From the NCBI GenBank assembly GCA_002633005.1, contig NMRA01000060.1, forward strand, positions 113,740 through 163,425: DNA of 49,686 nucleotides, given 5' to 3'. Position numbers and translations under genes: made by a program. The notes beneath the pieces are model-generated. The model was given only the letters and a program-made list of their open reading frames with translations. It was not told the origin of the DNA and did not search any database. Of the stretch, positions 13,097 to 24,600 are shown in pieces. How positions within the stretch are numbered: the stretch's first letter is position 1; every line of letters begins with the position of its first letter. The stretch comes from Phoronis australis. Its lineage: Eukaryota > Animalia > Phoronida.

Positions 13097-15597
13097 CTGA
13101 AAAAGAAATCATAGAAATTAAAGCGCATGTATTTCCGTTAGTTAAAACCGAGCTGAGGAGCTACGGACCCAAGGTTGTAGCATTGTACCCCAGTGGGTCC
13201 GAATCCACGACTTTGAACACAGAAAGCTAATTGTTATCCCAATACGCCACACTGTCTTTTAAATGTACTGCATTGCACTTACATGAATAGCTGTTTTGTA
13301 TTGTGTATTGCATTCCTTTGTACACTAATTTTTATGTTAGTTCTCCTCGACATGTACCTGATCCAAGGGGATTGTAAGTAGTTAGGATGTCTTCATTGTA
13401 TGAATACGTACCAGATTGCAGATGAACTGAGGTCTGTTATACCTGACATGGCGAACGCTCTGAAAGACATCGACCCCTTGCTCCACTTTAATTTTAGATG
13501 CGAGATATTCAAAGGAGCAAAATACACCACTCTGGGTGAACCCGTCTCTGTAAAATGTAAAGATCGTAGAAATAACAAATTTGTAAATAATTTCGAGTGT
13601 GATGCGAACTAAATATGTTTTTATTAATTATCAAAAATAATCATTTTCGGCTTTCCACTTCGGAACTGTAATAAAACATTCCGTCACAATAGGTTTCTCG
13701 AAAAGTTACCGGGGTTTGATGAGTGCAGACATGGCCGAAATTATTTGCAGAGTTTGAACGAAAACCAGGTGACAATTGATCGGAAAGAGAGATTGTGAAG
13801 TTTGCGACCCCCAAGGGAGGTTTGAGTGATAGCATATGGGTTGAGATCGACCTGGGGAAGGCGAAGAAGGGAAGTGGGTGCAAAGTGGATCAGAGCCTGA
13901 CAAAGTTGAATACGTTTGGTTAAAAATCTGACTAGACATACATGTATTACATGCACAGTGTATATATGCATACAATCTTAAGATCGTAGCAGTCAACTTG
14001 ACGGAAATTGATGCATCTGTACACTCGGTTTTGGTTTTCATTGATGAAAAATTTGACATCGGATATCAACGTCGTCTGTGTGAACGACGGTCACACACTT
14101 TCATAATTATTGTATTTGCTGAAGTAGCAGAAAAGAAATGTATTGACAACAAATCAACCATACATTAATCAAAGTGCAAGAAGTCACATTTTCAATGACG
14201 TGATACGAGCTCTAGTACCCCGGTACATGCAAATCAATTGCCTGTAGCAAACTTTTTTCATGTCTTTTGGTAAAATTGTAAAGTGTTATACGTTAGTAAC
14301 TTACAAGCACGTGACAACGACGGTTTTGTTCCCTGTCTTCTTCTGGTATCTCTCTACCATGTCCACCAAGTCAATCAGCGACGCCTGAACGTCCGGATGA
14401 GGCACATGTTGGTTGACAGGCCACCCTTTTAACTCCATTTGTATGACCTGGTGTGGTTTTGCAGCTGCATCCTTGCAAATTACAATGTTAGGTATACATG
14501 TTGCGTTTTAGATTATGCATTTACAACAAAAGTCAGTTTGTCCAACCGGTTGGCATTGAGAGGACGTCTGGTCGTCTAGTCAACTCTGACCACACAGAAA
14601 TTAATAGCTAGCTGGTTCCTCTCTGTGATCACAACCTGGGTTGGAAATCCATGACAAGTATTATACCATCATCACTACCCTGATTGACTGGTTGATTGAC
14701 CCAAATATTCCGCATTGCCTCCGATTTCGCTAATACCGGGGTTTTCCGGGAGCTCTTTCGCAAACGTCCGTCTCGAACGTGTGGTCAAGAAATAACCCTA
14801 GGTGCTCCTTTAAAAATTGCTGAGGATTTTTGCTGCCTCATGCTGCCGAATATTTCACCCTCATTTAGTAGTTGACTATCATAAGAGGTCAAGTGACAGC
14901 GGGTGACATTAGAAAATTCAAGTTGATGTTAAAATGTATCTATTCAGGTATTGATTGAGATTTTACCGACTCCATGTGTTGGCAGATGGAAGTTATCAAC
15001 ATTTTAAGCGCTAGCTCCAAGAATGTATATGTACGTGTACATGTATTGTACAAATTATTAAAGTGTAAGCGCAAATAATTTAATGTATTTTAGACCAATA
15101 GTTCAGCAAACCCGGGTTGACCTTTGTTACGTGTCACAGCTGCAAAACAATCCACAACGAGCACCATGATGGCTTTTTATGCCTTTTAAAATCCCAAAAT
15201 AGCCTCCACCAACACAAAGTCACTACATGTCAAACGCGACTTTATTCTTGGTCAGCTCATCAATGTGACAAGCTTTTCAACCCTGCACTTTCTATAACTT
15301 TTCAAAATCACGTTGTGTAACAAGATTACTAGGGTCAGGGTGGGTATAGAACAGCAACATCGGCTGTTCGTCATCGGAATCTCACTTAGAATTCTTGGCC
15401 AACCATAGTTATTTCTCTTAAGTCACACAAATTCAGTTCGACGCAGTTATTTGGATTTGCTTCAGAGTGGGGGTCGAACAGCGACATCTGGTAATCGTAA
15501 TTGGAATCACACTTGCATATAGTGTTACTGGCCGATCTCAGGAGATAGAAAATGACGTTAAGGTAATGAAATCTCAATGGGTGTGTGTGTGTGTGTG

Positions 15598-15638
<41 letters not shown>

Positions 15639-18600
15639 GCGTGCGTGCGTGCGTGTGTGTGTGTGTGCGCGCGCGCGCGTGCCTGCGTGCGTGTATAACT
15701 CAAGACAAGCCATTTCTCTCTAACAGTCGGAGAGGAATTAAATCATTTGCGCTGCCGGTTACCTGCCAAGGTCCGAAGTTTAAACCATCCGCAGTATTTG
15801 GAGATGTCTGCTTCAATTATGGAGATGCACTTACACATGCACGGACCGTAATTCGGCGAAGCGGCGGTTGCAGCGCCAATAGAGAAACAACACCATTCTT
15901 CAGTTCTTTCGTGAAAATGCAATAAACGCACGCTTTCAAATCCATTGACAATTCCATTATGCCGGGGCGCAACGTATGGAAGTCCTGGCCACTGATAAAC
16001 TACCTCAGCTAGTAACGGTTCAGCCATTAGCTAGGATCTAGACTCATATTTGCTGAAGTAAAGACACTGTTTGTTCATTATCGTTCACTTCATTACATCA
16101 GCAATTTACGATGCGGCTTAAGCATCAACGGCTTCAGGTGGTGGAACTCGGATCAATGACCATCAGAGGCAACGTTTCCCTACCACTATCAGCGAACAAC
16201 TGTATAAACTTTCCGTAAAAAGCAATATGGACCCTTACCTTGCTGCCTGAATGAAGATCCATAGTCCTGATTACTATATCACCATCATGTTCAATTCGCG
16301 TGGCCACGAGTTCAACTCCAGTTCGTCCGTATTGAGCACTCCCGTTCTCCGGCCAGTAGCGCCCCCATGTCTGCAATGCAGGAAATTGGGAATGACATTT
16401 TCTCCACCTTTGATGACACAACATAATTTCTGTAATCTCTAACACCAATTCCTTCATACCATTAAGTCATAGTCTTCATCGTCGCATTCCTCGTCGTCTT
16501 GGTAGGTTTTGTGTTTCATATTCAATGCTCATTAGTTATCAAGCCCGTTTCAGCCGTGGTTCCATTACCATTATTAAGACGCTCAGTTTTGATCACATCA
16601 ACTACTCTCTCGCTAACTAAAACACTGTTTCCACACATCCCCTTTGATTCTTGGAACTAAAATACAAATGTTGTGATTGACCTTCAAAAACTTTGGGAAT
16701 GAGGTTTTATGGCACCAATACCCAAACAACATAGTTCAGGTTACGCACGTAAACGCGTTTAACAATACTCAACTTTTTATCAAATTCACTGGGAAACATT
16801 ATTTTCCTGATGAAGACAATAGTCGGTGAATTTAAAACATTAGAGTTCATTATCTCGTATAGCTTATCGGAACTTCTGCTGCGAAAATCAACTTGTCTCA
16901 TGCTAAGTAACTTTCAAAAACTGCAACATTAAATCATGATATTAAGGCAGAAGAACAAATCAGAACTTCATCTACAAATTCGGACCTGCAACCAGGATTA
17001 AAATGATTTTTTAAGTCAATACCATCACATTTGTCAACCTCAATACTAACAAAAGTGCAACAGTTTTTAATACGTACAATATATAATTCTAAATTCTACT
17101 TAAGTCCATCACAACATATGCTTTTGATGAATGGCTTCATACGAACATATATTCTCAATTTAAGATTCTAAACACAATAAGCTCTTCATTTTTCACACTC
17201 CAGGCTATGAAACGTAATTTTAATTTTACATAATTTAACGGAGAGACAATTGGTTTAGGAGAAATAAATTACAGAATTCTCCAGATAAATGTGTAAACTC
17301 GAATCAACAGTTATTATTTGAACACCGACTTCCGGCACTCCGTAGAAATACAACTTTAGTGAGTCTGGCATCGTCTTCCTGAACTCAATTTACATTCCAT
17401 GCCGCCGTTTAGAACATGATTTTAACAATGTTAGATTACACCAAACGATTGTGTCCCAAGACAAAATCGTATCTAAACTTTTCATGTTTTTTCTGTCTTA
17501 CCATAAATTCCCGATGTAAAATATCAGATTTGTAGAAAAAAAAACACTTGTCAAGTTATACACAGTGGGGAACACATTCAGCAATTCCCTGTTACATCAG
17601 GAGTACACAGGGACTGTCACCTTTGGTTTTCTTGATTGTTCTAGATTGGGTGACTCTCATTGCATTCTCCAGTCCAACAAATGGTATACACTTGACATTC
17701 ACCAGCCGCAGATGACTTCTGCCGTATAGCTCACCGACGGCAGGACACTCAACGTAAGACTCTGGCATTCTCAGATGCAGCCAAACAGATTAACCTGAAC
17801 AACAACCCCGAGAAAACCAAGACAATCTCCATAAAAGCAGGCTAAAATAACAGCATCTCAGTGTCAGAAGAGCATGAAGATATCCAATCCTCCACCAGTC
17901 CTTCAGCTATCTGGATAGTATGGTCAGCACTATAAGGGCGGAATAGAAGAAGACATCAAAGCCCGTATTGAGAAACTGGAACCTATCTGGAAGTCCAGAA
18001 CATGCTCCACAAAAAATTAAATCAAAATCAAAAGTTAAGCCCGACATGTTTTACGACTCAGACATTTACTAAATCCATCATCACCAAGGTCCAAATGTTC
18101 AGAAACAGATGTCTTCGTCAAATCATGCAAGTCAAGTGGCCTCGTGGAACAGAGCCCGGCAGGAAGCCATGTTGACCCAGACTAAGAGGTGAAAGTGGAG
18201 GTAGATTGGTCAGACGCTACGAGAGCCCAGTGCAAATACAAGCAAGCATGTCCTTAACGGGAACCCCAAATGGAGAAAGAAGTGAGACAGACCTGTGCAA
18301 AGTGGAGAACTGTGACATCTTGAAACCTTTCTAATTGCATGACATGGAACAAGAACCCATCAAAGGCTACCAAAGGCGAACCTGATGGCAATCAGTCACG
18401 GTGGCCCCATGAACATCAAGCTGTCCAGAGGCATAAGTCACCAAGGAAGTAAAAACATTAGAACAGTCGTCATAAACAGTGACCATTCGAAGCAAATCAC
18501 ATCGTGGAAAACTGGAATATTTGCTGAAAGCGTGGCTAGAGATTGGTCTATTTTCAAATCAAGTCTGGCGTAAAACCTGGTGATTACGGGAACAACTGGG

Positions 18601-21600
18601 ACATCTAGTGAACCAGCTACGGAGTATTTATAGCATAAGGTCAAGGTCTAATACCCATAATTATGTAATCGGTGTTAATCGTCATGTTGTTTGAGATTAT
18701 CTCCTCCTTTACAAGGTCATTTCTGAAACCAGGGGCGTTGCAGTAATTGTCAACACACCACCGCCATCATCATTATCAACAAGGTTATTTTGTAACAGAT
18801 CACTGTTGCGTCATGGTAGTCACGAAATGTTCGGCCTACATGCTTCGTTTTGCTTTGAAACTCATACGTATGATACGTGTAAGATTCCGTGCAGGGTTTG
18901 GAAGTAGGACAAAGTACATGCCTATGGTTTGGAACACCGCAACCTTTGTCACGAAAGTGTGTATCCAAGTAACCAAACAACTTACGTCGTCTGATTCGCT
19001 CCAGTCACTCAAACAGACGATTATGTGACAGTCGTAGTCAAACATCATACGCCAAAAGTCTGCTACTGTACTCGGCAGTGGAATTTGAGTGACCAAGAAC
19101 GCATCTCGATGTCTGTAACTCTACAAAACACCTCGTTAAAGTGAACTTTTCACCCTTTAGAATAGATACGACATGACAATTGTTAGATCTAAAAATAATA
19201 TGATATTACCGACTAATAATATTATCAATAAAATACTCATTGAGTTGTATGAGTAAAACTTCAGTAGTTTACAGTAAATACAAGAATTGCTTGAACATAC
19301 AGGAATTTCAAAAATATTTTCGTCCACTTACATTGACAAAGACGGCGTTGACGTAGTCTGAACTTTTACCTTTGCTCCGAGACATGAGAACTGGTCTTGC
19401 GCGATTAGCTAGTAAATAAGACCTTATTGATTAGTGCTTGCTGCATGCAAAAGCCAATGATACAAACAATGTTAACTCTATTACGTTGCTGTTACCAGTA
19501 CATGGTGCGTGGACTTAGATTCCTCCCTATTCAGAATGGCACCTCATTTGTCCGTAAACAATTGAATTTTTTCCCATAACTAAAGCCAACAAATCTAAAT
19601 CAAATGACTTTATTAGGCGCATTGGAACAACGTTTACTTGGCAGCACGGGTCGGGATGCATTGTGACACAAAAATCGACACAGTCTTGCACATTATAAAG
19701 CTCGGGCACCGCTCAGTTATCCAAAGCCTCAACATAAGTCACAAACAAATCATAGCTGAAGACTGTTGACGGACTGAGAACATACTTGGCAGTACATCTG
19801 AACGGCGATTTTTGGCTAAGTTCTCTGGTAACGAAGCCGTTGCACTCTCATCGACAGGCAGTGAAGAGAACAGACGCGTCAAATTCTAGAAAAAAATTAC
19901 AAATTTCTATTGAACAAAATTTCCTGAACTACTTAATATCAGTTCAGAATCCATGGTATTCAAGAATGTTACGTCAGAATGAAGTGTTACAAGTGCATTG
20001 TATTCGATTAACTTCTCCAATAAACATAAAGAGTGGAGAACTCACGTCGTACTCTTGTTCAATGAGACTCTTTCCATTTTCAGAGTTTTCCAATAACTTT
20101 TCAAAGCTGCTGTCGAACTTGGCGGTAGGAATAAACGTCTCTTCACTTTGCAAGTATTCCAAAATGGCATTGTATATGAATTCATACTGGTCCTACAATG
20201 ACACAAGACACATGCCAAGACAGTCGTTAATAACCAACAATGCTGCAGGCTTAAATCCACTAAAGACGCTGTTCTACTGCTGACAACTTTGTTCGCAGAC
20301 GTATTTGCTTTTCAGTGGTTGCAATAAAACGTGTGGCATCACCCTGATAAACATGATATTGCCTCAGCGGCTATGTCTAGTCCGCCATTATAACGACTTT
20401 AGAGCTTGGGGCCCGTTCATTTTTTACTTAATTCTAAGATTTGTCTCAACCTCTAAACTTTGAAACTATTACTCCAGAACATTTTATTGGAAGGGGCAAA
20501 ATTAAGTTTAATTTATCTTAAAAGTGACTTAAGTTTAACATTTGTCTTTGTGAAGTCAGTTTCCTTGGAACAGACCGTGGTATGAAGCAAAAAGTGATAA
20601 TTCTATATTTGAAGCTCGCTGATAGTGCAGGGTATGAATTTTTGGTATGAAAACACCAGAGGTGTTCCGAATAAGCTGGCCGTAGACTCACCGCTCTCTG
20701 TACCATGTTGACTCGCTGTTGGCGAAGGCGATAAAGGAAACCTAGAGGGTCAACTAGGCTCTCTTGCGTTAGCTGGTCAACGAGAATGTCCAGTAAGATA
20801 AAGATGCCTGTCCTACCTATACCGGTACTTCAAAAGAAAAACAGTTTATCATCAACAGTTTAATGTCCTTTAAGACATGTTGAACAAGGTGTGGAAACAA
20901 TCGAAACATGGTTTGTGATTACTCAGTTTAGGTTTTTTCGACAGTATGAGGTCGATCTACTGCCTGAACGTAATTTTCTTTTATTTTACTTTTCTCAAAA
21001 CCTGCTCGATCAAAACAAGTGAATGGGGGCAGCACCCCCTCCTCCATAAAAGCGAACACAATAATATCTTTTTAATTGTTTGCAATCAATGCTAGAGGGG
21101 TGAGGCAAAACTGGAGGCGACCAGAGGGCGTTCACATTTGTTCCTATCTTCATGTACGCCCATGAACACTGAATATAACTACGATTTGGTAATGACAGAA
21201 AAAAAAACAATGGAAACACCACCTAGACTGGGCCACTCAGTCACACTGTCACGAACTATAAAGCGCACAACCCGGTTGCATGTATCGACACAAGCCGCCC
21301 AGACTAAACGCTGAAGCCAAACAGCGGCAGTAAACTTTGATAAGACCCCCTCCCACTGGCTTCTAAATACGACTAAAACTCAGAAAGCGGCCCCTGTGAG
21401 TCCGTGGATCTTTGGAAATTTATTACAAACTATGTAAGAAACGTGTAGGAATATATCCCTAATACCCTGTAGAGTAAGTGACTCTTCATACCTACAATCT
21501 GTTTTGTGCTACGAATTATAAGTTGTCAGGGATTCGGCCCATTTCCAGTTCAGCATTGAATAGCTTATCGTCGACAATGCTGAAAGTTTCAAATCTTCAG

Positions 21601-24600
21601 AATTCGAAGACTGCGTCTGATAGGATCACTTACCGACGCATTCTCTATTCCAGAAAGAGCAGCCTACAACTGGCCGACAACTTGACTTTTCACAATTTGT
21701 TTTGTTCTCTGACCTTTGTAGCTACGCATGCGTTATACGCACGTACCGGGATTTGCTTTTTTATTTCGCCCCGGTCTTAATAGTTTTAGATTCTCAGTTG
21801 AGATTCTACTAAAAGCGTGATCTGACAATTTTAGCACTTACTGAAAGCTTATAACTTCCCGAAGATCATGTCATACAAAAACGGCTACACCGGTGACGAG
21901 AGGTATTTTAGCTACATATACATGTACATATACAACTATGTCTACAGGCCTTTAATCAAATGTCATTGTCAAAATAAAAGTGGGCTTCTTCTATGTCTCG
22001 TGGTTTATTTATTTGAAGGATACACGAATACAAATTGGAATGGGCAAGGAACTTGTAATCACGTGACAAGTGTTGCGCCGATAAAATGCCAAGATATAGA
22101 CGGATTTAGGGGGGCAGTAACGTGAAGCGTGAGGTCAGTAAGTAGGAGCGGTAACGAATGAGTGGGGATCAGACCGCGGGGGAATATCGTGTTCCCATTT
22201 TTATTTATTTTTTTTCAAGTTCACTGATAGATTTTGTGAACAGGAAGTGCACAACCTCGGCCTCCGCAATATTCGAGCCGCCTGTGCATACAATCGCGCT
22301 TTGCCCAANCCCCCCCTTATGTTATCCTATATCCGCCACTGAAAACAATGGGTTCAACCGTTCTACATGTACATGTATTACTGCACTCAGATGTGGAATT
22401 TTTACAAGTCAGGATGCATGTCTGATCAGAAGCTAAATCAGACGCTTAAAACGAGCGTTCACCACCGTGTCCTATCTACTGTTTTACGAGTAATTACCAT
22501 AGTATTAATATGTATACAAAATGCGGATTGTTCCAAAACCCCCTCAACCCTAACACCGCCCGACCGACTCGACCGATGACCGTGTCGACCCACAACCCCC
22601 ACTACCAAAGACCCACAGCCCCTTCGACCCATGACCTGTGGCAACAGGTGAACATGTACATGTATCTGCGCTTGTTACACATTTCACAAACATATTACGT
22701 CGCTGAGTGACTTTCCCACAATACTTACCTACATGTTAATCTACTCTGGCTCAAGTCAGGTGATTGAAAACAGAAAGTGACGCAAAAACAAGACGTGAAA
22801 TTGTGAATTGTGAGCGTGCTATCGTTGTCACGGAAATAGTTCCTCAAGCGGCTAACAATGGCCCTGTTCTACTAAACTTAGGGAGAGAAAAGGTTAACGG
22901 GAATGGAAATAATTTCACACTTGATTACTTGCTTTCCGTTGCATACTCGTGTACAATATACTCCATGTAACGTTGAAATAGTTTTTAGTTAACAGTTTGT
23001 TTTTTCAAACTGTATTTACTTATTGACAAGAAAATGTTTGAATCTGCCATTCACTGAAGAGCAGACGAAAACGATTACACATTGCCAGGAACAACATTTG
23101 TTACATGTACGTTGGTAGGTCTGATTTGATTTGGTCACGTTGTTTCTTTTTTCTGTTTTTGGCTTTCAAACTTTCCAAAGCGAATCTCTTAATTTCAAAA
23201 AACAGGGAAAAGCCAGTGGAGGTCATGGCCCGACTCCTGCAATTCAGCGCTTGCTCTACCTTCTGATCGAGTCGACCTTCTGTAGNTATGTGGGGGTCGT
23301 AGGTCAAGGGAGTCGTGGGGTGCGTGGTCGACGGGCTTTTATAACAATTAATCCACAAAATAATGACCTTTTGGCAGACCACGTGCGCTGACCAAGGGCG
23401 AGTATAGCCTAAGCGCAAACCACATCTTTTGAAATGTGTGACGACAAACAAATCACGTGTCATTTTTTTCAGACGGCACACTACTACACGTCTAATATCA
23501 CGTCTGAAGGGACGGTATGTGAACGCTTCAAAATGCTTCTGGACAATAATGAAATGTGTTTTAAAACGCCACATAGTACTCCCTATTGTTATGTACCTGC
23601 AGTGGATGACGGCAGGAGTCTCTACATTCATTTCTGATCTGACAACTCGATGAAGCTTCCAAATTGAACCAGAATTTTCAGGAACGCCATGGTTGGGCCA
23701 GGAAGTAAAATGAAATTGTGTTACTGTCCTTTTTCGATCATCCTGTAAGTAAAAATGACTTCATGATATGGCATATTGACAACACTCATACAGCGTAGTG
23801 ATTTTGTGACTAGCATTGGCAGTGAGTTTTTCATATTGTAACACAAAATCATCAAAATTCAGATATTTTTTCTTAAAAAGATTTTCTTAAAATGTAAAAA
23901 TAGAACATCTGTGCACACCTACAATGTAAATTTCAAAAAACTTCGTTGTAAATAACTTGGTTAGATTTTATTTAAAACTTACTCCTAAATTGGAACAAAA
24001 ATCGAGCATTTTATCACTCTACATTATCTCTTTTGAAATATTTGGGTTAATAGCGTACAAATTCTTTCTTTTGTTAGACAGCGATATTATCCGGAAGCGT
24101 GATCCCACCTCTGTTGTTATGTCGGAAAGTACAAAGTTTCAATTGACAATTAAACTTCGATATTCACCGTCACGTTCGTAATGCTCATCCTTCGTATGGT
24201 GAAGTCGGACCCTGGTTCGTCTGCTATTACCGACACGGTAACGTCACCAAACACTTCCGGTTCGCTAGACTCTGGCCAGTACCGATGACATTTACGCTAA
24301 AAAGAAAACAAAAGTGCGCGGTGACTAAGGTTTCTAAGAAGAAAATACAACTGAGCTTTGTTAGTATTTGACGAGAAAGCAATCGTCTTCAGTGGTCAAG
24401 ACCAATAGACCACTTAATGGATTCCAAACTCAAAAGAAAAGTGGACGATAAATTGGTCATCTTTTGGCATAACCACCCATTAGTTCTATAAGCCTGCCAG
24501 TGCAACACCAGAGGAAGGTCTCACAAACCTCAGACACATTCCTGGTGCGAAATAACAGCTTGAGCTTCGTAGACGCCAGAATCTCGCTGGTAAAACTAGT

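Noticed and set aside
13400-13612. Plus-strand 70-aa ORF that looks protein-like (also 19786-20283 and 48447-48689)
   Set aside because: Antisense shadows of real minus-strand RPTP exons.
15386-15925. 105-aa and 152-aa ORFs
   Set aside because: They are open mainly because they run through the microsatellite.
16450-17410. Coding-looking decayed stretch on the minus strand (e.g. [11 protein letters not shown])
   Set aside because: Many stops in all frames and no recognisable family motif.
23224-23241. Minus-strand GCA GGA GTC GGG (AGVG) as an alternative canonical P-loop exon
   Set aside because: It is followed by Pro-stop, with no RTG and no correctly phased acceptor; the real continuation is 20692-20827.
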